Assembly (NCBI GenBank): GCA_951406725.2
Contig: OX597815.1
Span: 182,094,001 to 182,158,000, forward strand
Length of the DNA: 64,000 nt
Direction of reading: 5' to 3'
Source: Octopus vulgaris
Lineage: Eukaryota
Below the pieces are notes generated by a model, which searched no databases, had not been told where the DNA came from, and was given only the letters and a program-made list of their open reading frames with translations. The position numbers and the translations under genes were made by a program. Positions 26,659 to 39,017 of this stretch are shown one piece after another (the stretch's first letter is position 1; the number at the start of each line of letters is the position of its first letter).

Positions 26659-26815
26659 ACAGTTCTGTATTTAAGAGATGAGGAATTATTTACATTAGAC
26701 GGATATTTGTCCTCATCTTGTTTGTTGTTGACACAACATTTCGGCTTCATCAGGTGTCTTGAGGAAATTTCGAACCTGGGTTCTCATTCCTAAGGTATTT
26801 TTGATGTAGTTGTTG

Positions 26816-26847
<32 letters not shown>

Positions 26848-26851
26848 GTTA

Positions 26852-26888
<37 letters not shown>

Positions 26889-27161
26889 GTGGGAGAGCAA
26901 GTGCATGCCATCAAAGTGACACTGGGGTAAAATATACGAAGCCCAGTATACCCATCATGACTACCCGTCTGATAAGGGTACACCAGGTACATGCATCACA
27001 AGTACCTGGTGTACCCTTATCAGACGGGTAGTCATGATGGGTATACTGGGCTTATTATGGCGTAGTTACTGCTGGGTATATGGTATAGTGGTTAAGAGCA
27101 CAGGCCTACTAACCCCAAGATTCCAAGTTTGATTCCAGGCGGTGCCCTGAATAATAATAAT

Positions 27162-27219
<58 letters not shown>

Positions 27220-27955
27220 GTAGTAATAATAATAATGATGCACTACCAGGCAGTGGCTCTCATGGCTTCTGATCTTAACTGATTGGAAGTGATATCATGT
27301 ACATTGTTTTGTCTTGGTATAAAAGATGGGCTACAGCAAATATTCTGCTCAATACCACAGATTTGCTTGTCAGTTGTTTGACCTTAATCAGTTGAGCATG
27401 TCCCTTAGTGGCTGACAATATGTGCATCTCTGATCACGAGCAGAAGTAGTGGGGGAGCATCATAGCCATGTGTTGAGAGGGATTCTTTGTGGTTTGAATA
27501 ATTCACCTCTGGAAACATGGGTGGTTCTTTCAACATCCTTAAACAACCCTTATTCAGGGACCTTTTGAGCGGGATGGGCTACTCAACCTGAAGAAATTTC
27601 TAACTGAGCCCCACCTGCAAGGTCATGTGCTGTTTATCTTGATATGAGATCACCATGTCGCGCACATATGGTTGTGATGCATGTGCCTGGTGTACCCTTA
27701 TCAGACAGGTAGTCATGATGGGTATATTGGGCTTCGTATATTTTACCCCAGTGTCACTTTGATGGCATGAACTGCTCTCTCACTCAATAATAATAATAAT
27801 AATGATAATAACATCGAAAAATACCCTGGGAATGAGAACCCAGGTTCGAAATTTCCCCAAGACACCTGAAGAAGGCTGGAGGGTATATCAGCCAAAATGT
27901 GTTAACATCAAACGAGATGAGGACAAACATCCGTCAAATGTAAATGTAAATAATT
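26659..27955. mobile_element. Family D palindrome, copy 4, carrying a passenger repeat
   Basis: Inverted tails at both ends, head at ~27078-27150, passenger at 27238-27786 whose right end is mirrored at ~26890-27000. Confidence 0.85.
27238..27786. mobile_element. ~550-bp repeat inserted in (AAT)n, possibly from a microsatellite-targeting non-LTR element
   Basis: Both ends are embedded in AAT repeats. No recognisable ORF; family assignment is inference. Confidence 0.5.
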
Positions 27956-28249
27956 TATCAAGATTCTTTAAATAACAGTTGACAAAATTCTTGATGAAAG
28001 GAAGTTAAGAACCATTGGGAAACTAAAGCTGTTTGATTGAAGTGTGTTGGAAAATAAGAACAGTAACAGAATCAATATGAAGAAGAAACAGAAGAAAGAA
28101 AATTATAAAATATAGAAATGATAAAAATAAAACTTAGTTGTACTACAACCGACAATAAACTAAATCTGGAGAATAATTCAAGGTAAGCCATTGAGCTGAA
28201 TTATACTTGAGATTTTTAAAAGATAATTGTTAGATAATTGTACAGACAT

Positions 28250-28890
28250 GAATGTATGCATGTATGTATGTATGTATGTATGTATGTATGTATGTATGTA
28301 TGTATGTATGTATGTATGTATATATGTATGCATGTATGTATGTATGTATATATGTATGTATGCATGTATGTATGTATTTGCATGTGTGTGCGTATGTATG
28401 TATGTATGTATGTATGTATGTCTGAGTGTGTAAGTATGTATGCATGCATGCATGTATGTATGTATGTATGTATGTGTGTGTATGTATGTATGTGTGTATG
28501 TGTGTGTGTGTATGTATGTATGTGTAAGTGTGTATGTATGTGTGTGTGTATGTATGTATGTGTGTGTATATATGTATGTATGTAGGTGTGTATGTATGTA
28601 TGTGTAAGTGTGTATGTATGTATATATGTATTTATTAGTATGTATGTATGTGTGTATGTATGTGTGCATGTGTATGTATGTATGTATGTGTAAGTGTGTA
28701 TGCATGTATGTATTTGCATGTGTGTGTGTATTTATACGTGTATATATGTATGTGTGCATGTATGTATGTGTGTGCATGTATGAATGTATATATGTATGTG
28801 TGTGTGTATGTATGTGTGTATATATGTATGTATGTGTGTATGTATGTGCGTATGTATGTGTGTGTATATGTATGTGTGTATGTATATGAT
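28250..28890. repeat. (TATG/TG)n microsatellite
   Basis: Seen directly. Confidence 0.95.
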
Positions 28891-29308
28891 TGTATTTCTT
28901 CGAATTTTATTTAAGCTCTCCTTAAGAAAGCTTAAGGCAGTCACTAACAAAGCGAGACGAGACACTTTCAGTTAAGAGAATTCTTGGTGTTTGTAATTAT
29001 GTGGGTGAGTTGGTGCATTGGTTGAGCTGCAATGCATACACCCAAGTGTGTGCAGCCATTCATCTAAAGAATCTCAGATGGAAAAATCTTTGGAATGTTT
29101 TACAAATCTTCATTGACCCACTAAAACATAGGATTTGGAGAATTTGTGTCATTCTTTTTGCTCTTCCTTTGAAAGACCTATTATTTCTAGGATTTTGTGT
29201 AAATTTATAGGTACATAGCCTAATGCACAAATGCACCTATGATGTAAGGTACAAAAGAGAATTTATAGTCAGGGGAGCTGAATAAATGTTAACTTGTTCC
29301 TGGATAAT

Positions 29309-29583
29309 ACAGCTCTATATTTAAGAGATGAGGAATTATGTACATTATTTACATTTGACAGATATTTCAGTTCTATATTTAAGAGATTAGGAATTATGTG
29401 CAATATTTTAATTATTTACATTTGATAAATATTTGTCCTCATCTTGTTTGTTGTTAACACAACATTTCAGCTGGTGTACTCTCCAGCCTTTATCAGGTGT
29501 CTTGGGAAAATTTCGAACCTGGTTTATCATTCCTAATGTATTTTTTGATGTTATTATTATTATTATCATTATTATTATTATTA

Positions 29584-29652
<69 letters not shown>

Positions 29653-29962
29653 TCACTGTCTGGAATCAAACTCGGAATCTTGGGGTTAGTAGCTTGCATT
29701 CTTAAGCCCATGGGCATATGGTGTAGTGGTTAAGAGCGCATGCTGCTAACCCCAAAATTCCGAGTTCGATTCCTGGCAGTGACCTGAATAATAATGAAAA
29801 TAATAATAATAACATCGAAAAATACCTTAGCAATGAGAACCTAAGTGCAAAATTTTCCCAAGACACCTTATGAAGGCTGGAGGGTATATCAGCCAAAATG
29901 TTGTATTAACAACAAACAAGATGAGGACAAATATCCACCAAATGTAAATAATGTAAATAATG
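29309..29962. mobile_element. Family D palindrome, copy 5
   Basis: Near-complete head-to-head dimer with junction cttaagcccatgggcatatggtgtagtggttaag (~29701-29734). Hammerhead cores are mutated in both arms. Confidence 0.9.
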
Positions 29963-30033
29963 GATTATTTATTGTACATTCACATCTACATTTTTGATAG
30001 TATGTTCCACATCGCAGTAGATGTATGTCTGTA

Positions 30034-30235
30034 TTGGGTTCATGCATAATTATTGCAGCTTTTTGTCAACAAATCTTACTCAACAATTACAATATTTAAT
30101 AAAAACATCTTTAAATGACAGTCGATGGTGAATATGCTCAGGAATAATCATTTAAATATGTTTTTATTACATGTTATTGGTTTTGTTGAATAAAATTTGT
30201 TGAAAAAAAGCCGCAATAATTATGCACCAACTCAA
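30034..30235. mobile_element. Palindromic mariner-type MITE
   Basis: TA flanks; ends ttgggtt..tgcataattattgc / gcaataattatgcaccaactcaa; ~85-bp inverted arms. Confidence 0.8.
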
Positions 30236-31239
30236 TATATATGTATATATGTACGTATACATGTATGTATACATGTATGTATGCATGTATGTATGAATGT
30301 GTGTGTGCATGTATGCCTGTAATATGTATGTATATGTGTATGTATGTAAGTATGTATGTATTTATGTATGTGTGTCATGTGAGTGTAAATATATGGTGTG
30401 TGTGTGTGTGTGTGTATGTGTGTATGCGTGCATGTGTGACATATTGCAAATTGTAATAGAATCTCCTTCTGGTGAAGTGATGACGATGATGATGATGGTA
30501 GAGTGTTCTTCATGAGAAATGGTGATGAACGTCTAAGCACTTACAGTAAGGAACTTATCGCAAAGAATTAACTTTTATGAGCTTAAACTGAACAAAAACT
30601 GTGGATGATTTCATGCATGTACCTTACTGGAAGTAATTATCATGTTAAATATTATCTTCATAAATTTCAGATCTCAAAATGTCACCGATAAGTGATAAAT
30701 TGAGCAGGGAAAAAAAAAAAAGTCAAAATATAATTTATTATCAATACAATCTTTATATTATTCCTGAAGATATTTGACTGAGATTTAATTACTGAAAAAT
30801 AAGTGTTTTATAAACACACATGCACTCGCATATACACACACGCACACAGACACACACACACACACACATTTGCATACACACACACACAGTCACACAAAAT
30901 TGCATGTATATATCTATATATGGGTGCAAACATTCATACATATGTCTGTGCGTCGGCATCTGTGGGTGAGGTTGCATTTGTGTGTGTGTGTGTATGCGTT
31001 TGTGTTTGTATGTATGTGAATGTATGTACCTACGTATATATGTGTGTGAGTGTACATGCATGCATACATGTTTGTGTGTGTATGTATGAGTGTTATCATC
31101 ATCACTAAATGGACTGTGGATGTATGTATATATGCATGTATGTATGTATGTAGGTATGTATGTATGTATTTATATATGTATGTATGTATGTATTTATGTA
31201 TGAATGTATGTATGTATGCATGTATGTGTATATGTATGT

Positions 31240-31840
31240 CATTATTCAGTTTATTTCAAAATTTCTTGCCAATAGAGAAAGAACTGGTTTCTAACCTAGG
31301 TCCAAGGTTCTTTCATTGGAATTTCAATATCAACAACAGGGTATGTATGTATGTATGTATGTATGTATGTATGTATGTATGTATGTATGTATGTATTATG
31401 TATGTATGTATGCATTTACGCATGTATGTAGAGATTTGTATGTTTTATTTATGTATTCCCATGTATATAGTTACATGTCTAGACATGCTCAGATATATTT
31501 AAATGATAAACTTCTGGAAAGTTTTACAGATTTTTACAGTTTCAGTGATGGATTGGATCTGTGCTCTTCGAATTAGCTTTCTCCTTTCTGATTTTGAGAC
31601 GCCTAATTTCTCAACATTGGTATTTATGCAGTGTGTTACACATTCCAGGTTCCCAATAATTACAGGTATAAACCTGAACTTGTATTCTGAATAGAGTAAC
31701 TGCAGATTCCTCAATAGTTCAATAAAGGTATTCTCTTTTTCACTGATCTTCAGCTTTATGTTAACATCTGCTGGGCAGCTAATTTCCACAACTGTGCACA
31801 GTTTCTCTTCTTTATCCCAAATCATTATATCAGGTTCCTC
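31240..31840 (-). mobile_element. 3' end of a non-LTR retrotransposon with restriction-like endonuclease (R2/R4/NeSL/CRE group)
   Basis: ORF 31499-31825 with upstream codons reads PDIMIWDKEEKLCTVVEISCP.D.N...EK....L...L.....FIPVIIG, the PD-(D/E)xK RLE pattern. A UTR follows. Confidence 0.85.
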
Positions 31841-32099
31841 CTAAAACTACATATTCCCTATAATCTCTGACAATTGACTTAGCACCATCTCAAGAAATAA
31901 ATGCTTTAGAAAAAATTGAATTTTAAAAACATTATGCAGCACAGAATTTTGTCAGTGTCACAGTCTCAAAGTGATGAAAATATTTTGGCAAATTAAATTT
32001 AAATGTAGAAGTGAATCTAACAGTTTTTGTGTGTTTTTAAATGGCTTAGAAACACCATCCAGACTGCAATTGTTTTTGTTGATATATTTTTTGGTTTTC

Positions 32100-33400
32100 T
32101 ATAAACTTCCAACATTGTTATCATTTTCAAAATGACTGTAGAAATTTCATGGGTTGTGCTCGTGTTACTGACAGTAAGAAGGACTTCCTGGCACACACAA
32201 GACAAACTTAGAGAACTTGTAACAACTTGCAACAAGCTTTATAGCATCTGGCCATCAAGTGCTTCAAAGTCAACAAAGACTGCCTTTTTCAGGATATGCA
32301 GAGATAACATTTTTCTTTATGGTGCCAAAACCTGAACTATGAAGAAGATTTAAGATAATACACTTGACATCTCACTGGAGCTCCAAACATTTCATGGCAT
32401 AAGAAGAAGACCAAAAGAGAAATTTATGGAAATATACCACCCACCCACCCCTACAATTGTTGCTGCCATTCAAGAATTTGGACCTGGAGATCTCCATTTC
32501 CAGCGACTTCGAGGGCCACCTCCCAGTGATGTCGGGTGTCAATGAAGAGCCCTCGACTACAACAAGACGACCAAAGTTTTCTTTTTTTTCCAAGGTCTGA
32601 GGTCTCTCAGCCCTAAGCCCTAGACCATCACCTAATCACCCTTACCCGTCTTGTTGCTTAACAACAACAACAACAACAACAACAGCAGCAGCCATCCAAG
32701 AATTTGGACCTGGAGATCTCCATTTCCAGCGACTTTGAGGGCCACCTCCCAGTGATGTCAGGTGTCAATGAAGAGCCCTCGACTACAACAAGACGACCAA
32801 AGTTTTCTTTTTTTTCCAAGGTCTGAGGTCTCTCAGCCCTAAGCCCTAGACCATCACCTAATCACCCTTACCCATCTTGTTGCTTAACAACAACAACAAC
32901 AACAACAACAGCAGCAGCCATCCAAGAATTTGGACCTGGAGATCTCCATTTCCAGCGACTTCGAGGACTACCTCCCAGTGGTGTCGAGATTCAATGAAGA
33001 GCCCTCGACTACAACAAGACGACCAAAGTTTTCTTTTTTTTCCAAGGTCTGAGGTCTCTCAGCCCTAAGCCCTAGACCATCACCTAATCACCCTTACCCG
33101 TCTTATTGCTTAACAACAACAGCAGCCGCAGCCATCCAAGAATTTGGACCTAGAGATCTCCATTTCCAGCGACTTCGAGGGCCACCTCCCAGTGATGTCG
33201 GGTGTCAATGAAGAGTCCTCGACTACAACAAGATGACCAAAGTTTTCTTTTTTTTTTCCAAGGTCTGAGGTCTCCCGCCCCTAAGCCCTAAACCATCACC
33301 TAATCACCCTTACCCGTCTTGTTGCTTAACAACAACAACAGCAATTGTTGCTTAATGAAGGACAGCTTTTGTGAGCCACTTTATCATGCTGACCCCAATG
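32100..33400 (+). pseudogene. Highly decayed RTE-clade LINE ORF fragment, interrupted by a tandem array
   Basis: IWPSSASKSTKTAFFRICRDNIFLYGAKT*T resembles the RTE IW.S.....K..FF....SILLYG.ETWT motif. YGNIPP...TIVA continues across the array. Confidence 0.55.
32465..33341 (+). repeat. Four tandem ~215-226-bp structured units with (AAC)n tails, flanked by an 11-bp TSD
   Basis: Units start at 32465, 32691, 32917 and 33131. caattgttgct occurs at 32454-32464 and 33342-33352. Confidence 0.9.
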
Positions 33401-34753
33401 CTTTATTAGATGTTATACTTTAGGGGATTTCCACACTTTAATAGACAATAAAATATCATTCAATTTCTTTGATGGCATTGGTAAAGACACATGACATGAA
33501 ACAGAAGACATGTCAAAACTAAATTGGGGGAGAGCTCTGTGGTGCAGTTTGATGAAATTCATTATCAGATGAAGTCATTTGGAGAAAAAAGGTAATTCAT
33601 ATTTTTATGGAACAATTGATGCAAAACTCTTATATTAAATTTGTTCACATCCTCTTGCTGTAAAGTTAATAAATTTTAATCATTTGATACTACAGCAATT
33701 AGGATGATGATGATGATGATGATGATAATTCTCATATTTCTGTTTTCTTTATTTGTTTCCCTTATCAGTTGATAAGTATCATCATCATCATCATCATCGT
33801 TTAACGTCCGTTCTCCATGCTAGCATGGGTTAAAAGATTTAAATTAAAATCAATATTTGAGAAACAAATTACTAAATCTTGATCTACTTGAAATCAAGAA
33901 TAACCTTTAGCAATATGTTTAGTTATTAAATATTTTTCAAATATAAGTAACTGCCTAATGGAAAGAAGAAAAAAGAAATTGATCCTATTTATTTTTTGAA
34001 GCAAGCTTGAAGTATAAGATCTTATTTGGGTTTTGTTTATCAACAGGAAATTGATGCTGAAATTACTACCCAGGGAAATACATTTTATTATTATATATGA
34101 AATTTTATTAATATTTAAGAACATATTTTTTTTAGTATAAATGTTCTGCAGTAAATACATTACCTGATGGCAAAACCCATGCAATATAAAACTTACTTTA
34201 GTTGAATAAATAATTTATGTATTAATGTAGCTGTAGAAACTCTGCCAGATCAGATTGGAGTCTGGTGCAGCCATCTGGTTTGCCAGACCTCAGTCAAAAT
34301 CGTCCAACCCATGCTAGCATGGAAAGCGGACGTTAAACGATGATGATGATGATAATGTAGAGATATGTTTCTTTCCTTCATTGTCTTAACAAAGCAAAAA
34401 TAGGTTGGATTTTAAATGCATCACCTACATTTTGTGAAACAGAATTGTGCCAAGAATGGTTGTCATTTTTCACTGATAGCAAATAATTATCAAATTAATT
34501 ACCTACTTAATTTAGTAGCTATCATTTTATTTCTATAATATGGGAAAATTTCCCAGTGATAATTTCTGTTTGTAGAACTAATAGTTAAGTGGGGCTTAAC
34601 AAAATGTAGTGATGCCCCCTAAAGGTTTAATTAATTAACATTATACTTGTAATGAAGAGAAAATAAATTACTATGAATGATACTTTCTATCAAGAAAGAC
34701 TTGATTAACGACTCCCAAACAGTTTAAATTTGAACAACATAGTGCAGGAATAT

Positions 34754-35158
34754 AGATTATTTGCCAACATAATATGGCAGTCCTGATTTAGGACGAATGT
34801 TGCTGTAATTTAGCCCCAGGAGACATTGTCTTCAGCTGGCTATACAATATGATCTGTGTCCTTATATTTTCGAAGAAGGGAATCTAGTTGTCACTTTGAA
34901 AACAATATATTTCAAACAGGAATTTGACAATGCCACTTCTAGCCAAACAATTATTCTGTGCTGATGAAGGGAAATAACCCGGAAATCGTGATACACAGAT
35001 ATTGTTTTGAGCTGAGTGGAAGTGCTAGATTCCCTTGTTTGAAAATATAAGGACACAGATTATGTCATGCAGCCAGCTGGAGACGATGTCTCCTGGGGCT
35101 AAATTACAGCAACATACGTCCTAAACTAGGACTACCATGTTATGTTGGCAAATAATCT
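34754..35158. mobile_element. Fold-back element with ~134-bp inverted arms and a central hammerhead
   Basis: 34754-34887 is the imperfect reverse complement of 35025-35158. Confidence 0.9.
34955..34999 (+). ncRNA. Minimal type I hammerhead ribozyme
   Basis: TCTGTG-CTGATGA-A-GGG(aaataa)CCC-G-GAAA-TCGTGA-TA-CACAGA: perfect 6-bp stem I, intact core, near-palindromic ATCGTGAT stem III, AUA triplet. Confidence 0.85.
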
Positions 35159-35397
35159 TTACTACAAAGTACTGTTGCTGAATATCTCACGTCGTGAGAT
35201 TTAAAAATAGTAATTTTCTAATAGTGCAGGAAGATGTGAGTTTGAAGTAGCAAAGTAAGGTAATAATTTCATAGAAATTTTATTTGTATTATATCTGCTC
35301 AGCAAATTATTTGTTTTATTAGATTTACCAAAGAATAACTGAGAGGATATGTAAGCTCTGTCTGAAAAACTTTCACTGAGGCAGTAATTTAAAATAT

Positions 35398-36046
35398 TCC
35401 TTTCAGTTATAGGCACAAGGTCTGAAAGTTTAGGGAAAAGGGGCTAGTCAATGTAATCGACCCTAGTGCATGACTGGTACTTATTTCATTGACCCTGAAA
35501 GGATGAAAGGCAAAGTTGATCTCGGCAGAATTTGAAATCAGAACATAAAGACAGATGAAATGCTGCTAAGCATTTCACCTGGCTTGCTAACGTTTTGTAT
35601 TTCTTTATTGCACACAAGGGGCTAAACATAGAGGGGACAAACAAGGACAGACAAAGGGTTTAAGTCGATTACATCGACCCCAGTGCGTAACTGGCACTTA
35701 ATTTATCGACCCTGAAAGGATGAAAGGTAAAGTTGACCTCAGCAGAATTTGAACTCAGAACGTAAAGACAGATGAAATGCCGCTAAGCATTTCACCCGGC
35801 TTGCTAACGTTTTATATTTCTTTATTGCCCACAAGGGGCTAAACATAGAGGAGACAAACAAGGAGAGACAAAGGGATTAACTCGATTACATCGACCCCAG
35901 TGCGTAACTGGCACTTAACTTATCGACCCTGAAAGGATAAAAGGTAAAGTTGACCTCAGCAGAATTTGAACTCAGAATGTAAAGACAGACGAAATGCCAC
36001 TAAGTATTTTGTCTGGCATGCTAACAATCCTACCGTCTTACCACCT
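35398..36046 (-). mobile_element. SINE family B trimer
   Basis: Three tandem units with two different tail types. Confidence 0.85.
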
Positions 36047-36354
36047 CAGGATAATCTAAAATGATGACATTTGAGTGTTTCCACCAGTTTCCTTCTAAAT
36101 GAAGAAGAGTGTATGTTGGGGAAGGATAACTTATTTAATGTAGTAAGCCACACAACACTTTTAATTAATTAAAATTACACCTGTAATAAAGAGAAACACA
36201 TTTTTAATTAAGCTAATCTATTAAATACATCCACAGTGAAAAATTTCGTTAATATATCATATTCAGCCATTAATTCTAATTTTGTTGCATTTAGCTGACA
36301 GCATGTTACGGTTACTATAAAATGCAGTTTATCCTTTCTTGTTGTTGGGTTGTG

Positions 36355-36852
36355 TTGTGACCCTCTTCGGTCATGAATGACCATGAAAGTTACCCTCCGA
36401 GGCACAAGTTTGGGCAAAGTTGTTTATGGAAGACCAGCAGTCACCCATGCATACCAGCCTCCCCTCTCCATGCCACTGATGTTATCCAAGGGAAAGACAA
36501 AAGCCGATATAGCTTGGCACCAGTGATGTCGCAGCTCATTTATTAATGTACAAGTGGCTGAGCACTCCACAGACATGTGTACCCTTAATGTAGTTTTCAG
36601 GAGATTCAGCGTGATACAGAGTATGACAAGGATGGCCCTTTGAAAATACAGGTACAACAGAAACAGGAAGAAAGAGTGAGAGAAAGTTGTGGTGAAAGAG
36701 TACAGCAGGGTTCGCCACCACTCCCTGCTGGAGCCTCGTAGCTTTAGGTCTTTTTGCTCAATAAACACTCACAATGCCTGGCTTGGGAATTGAAACCGCG
36801 ATCCTACAACTGCGAGTCCGCTGCCCTAACCACTGGGCCATTGCACGTCCAC
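36355..36852 (-). mobile_element. Composite tRNA-derived SINE
   Basis: Minus head tggcccagtggttagggc...ggtttcaattccc (A/B-box-like). The middle is shared with family E, and the distal part with ~39735-39930. Confidence 0.7.
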
Positions 36853-36927
36853 TGTTTTTGGGTAGCTGACATCTAAATCAGTCACCCTCATTCATCCAGC
36901 GTTCTGAATAAGATGACTGTGTAGTAT

Positions 36928-37476
36928 ACTCTTTTACTCTTTTACTTGTTTCAGTCATTTGACTGCGGCCATGCTGGAGCACCGCCTTTAGTCGAGCAAA
37001 TAGACCCCAGGACTTATTCTTTGTAAGCCTAGTACTTATTCTAGTGGTCTCTCTTACCAAACTACTAAGTTATGGTGGCATACACACACCAACATCAGTT
37101 ATCAAGCGATGGTGGGGGAACAAACACAGGCACACAAACACACATACACACACACACATCCACATACACAAACACAAACACACACATCCACACACACACA
37201 CACATCCACACACACACACACATCCACACGCACAAACACAAACACACACCACACACACACAAACACAACCCCCCCCCACACACACATATATATATGACAG
37301 GCTTCTTTCAGCTTCCGTCTACCAAATCCCCTCACAAGGCTTTAGTTGGCCTGAGGCTATAGTAGAAGACACTTGTCCAAGGTGCCATTGCGTGGAACCT
37401 TGGGCAAGTCTCTTCTACTATATGAACACTGAACCACGTGGCTGGTAAACAAGCTACTTACCACACAGCCACTCCT
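36928..37476 (-). mobile_element. SINE family A with internal fold-back
   Basis: Consensus match; inverted duplication at ~37360-37420. Confidence 0.85.
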
Positions 37477-37834
37477 GTTAGAAGAATTAAAGGAGTTTCT
37501 CTTAGAGATACCAGCAACTTGTGATATTAGGGAGAAGAAAAGCACCATGAGGTTATCTGCATATTAAGATGCTGCATGATGACGATGGTGGTGATCTCTT
37601 ATACCATACTGTGTTAGTCATGACCTGAGGTAAAAAAAAAAGCAACAACTATCTGTCCACTGTTAAAGACTATGTAAAAAGTCTTTTCTCGTTGGAACTT
37701 GCTGTGTTTCAGATGTACATATAAACATTCCTTTAATGTAGATATATATTTGGAATGTTATCAGGATAAAGAGATTTGTGGAGAGTATATGACCCATAAC
37801 AGGAAAAATATGGTTTAGTTGGGAGGAAAGCATA

Positions 37835-38350
37835 TGAGGTCTGATCAAAATGTATTGAGCTTGTTGCTATGGTAACTGAGCTAAAATATGCAGAGTGAAG
37901 CCAGTTGGCACAAATTGACCTTCAACTCTGTTATGCATGTGCATTGAGTTGTAATGTTCTCACTTTCGTCTGTTGTTTATAGCAGTGCTTGGAAGTGTGT
38001 AGGATGTGGTCATTTCTATTTCTTTACTACCCACAAGGGGCTAAACACAGAGGAGATAAACAAGGACAGACAAAGGGATTAAGTTGATTACATCGACCCC
38101 AGTGCGTAACTGGTACTTATTTAATTGATCCCGAAAGGATGAAAGGCGAAGTCGACCTCGGCGGAATTTGAACTCAGAATGTAACGGCAGACGAAATATG
38201 GCTACGCATTTCGCCCGGCGTGGTAGCGTTTCTGCCAGCTTGCAGCCTTGTGGTCATTTCGCCACACCACAGAGGTTTCCTCAGTGACTATGGCAGAGAA
38301 TTGAGCAGAGAATCTGCATCAAATTTTGCCAAAAGCTTGGTGATACTTGC
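37835..38350 (+). mobile_element. Mariner 5' fragment (second family) interrupted by SINE B (38017-38248)
   Basis: ta|tgaggtctgatcaaaa end and peptide EQRICIKFCQKLGDTC at ~38300-38350. SINE TSD tgtggtcatttc at 38005-38016 / 38249-38260. Confidence 0.7.
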
Positions 38351-39017
38351 ACTTTTATCGCTTTTCCTCTTTCCAAAAAAATCAATTGCAGAGATGAATG
38401 AGTGCAAAACTTTTTTCAAGACCCAGAAAAATATAACTGTTGATTATGATAATTTATGCAACAATCCTGTTTTAAAAGACCATTGTTGAAAGATCAGTAG
38501 CCATATTAATGATATTAGATAAAGATGGAATCTGCCATGAAGAATCAATATACAAGAATAAAATATGTTGCAAAATTAAAAAAATACAAGCATAACAAAA
38601 ACATTTAGAGCATTGATAAGAAGTATTAAACACAAACCTTCAAGAATTGACAGGAGCCTTTGAATAAATAATGACTAAATTTGACAGAATTCTCTGTAAA
38701 AGTGAAGGGAGTTTGGAATTTTTTGACAGATATAGGTATTTTAATCAGCTTTGTTGACAGGAGAGATCTGAAAAAAAAAACTATACAAAAACAAGGCAAC
38801 AGAAACAAATATTAGATTGGACAATTGATAATTATTAGAGGAAACTGGATCAGTAAAAGGTTTCTGGATTAGCAAAACAGCTGAAAAAAAAAAGAAAAAG
38901 AGATGTTATGGAGTAAGTATCAAGGAAACTACACCAAATATTTAAAGATCTAAACAAGGAATGGGTGTCTAAATATTGAAGAAAAATATGACAAGCTACA
39001 AAACAAAGCATATGAAA

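Noticed and set aside
29002-29045. miRNA-like hairpin
   Set aside because: Stem is short with a large asymmetric bulge, and I recognise no mature miRNA.
29714-29785. Functional tRNA gene
   Set aside because: No proper acceptor stem; it is the repeated head of family D.
30521-30592. C/D-box snoRNA (GTGATGA...CTGA) or minus-strand 43-nt exon
   Set aside because: No terminal stem or recognisable rRNA guide, and the exon has stops in all three frames.
32465-33341. CRISPR-like array or telomerase RNA (ccctaagcccta)
   Set aside because: Units are whole tandem repeats with no unique spacers in a eukaryotic context. The motif is not the expected CTAACCCTAA template and is too short to support the call.
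35183-35201. Small palindrome atctcacg-t-cgtgagat
   Set aside because: Single short occurrence; no function can be supported.
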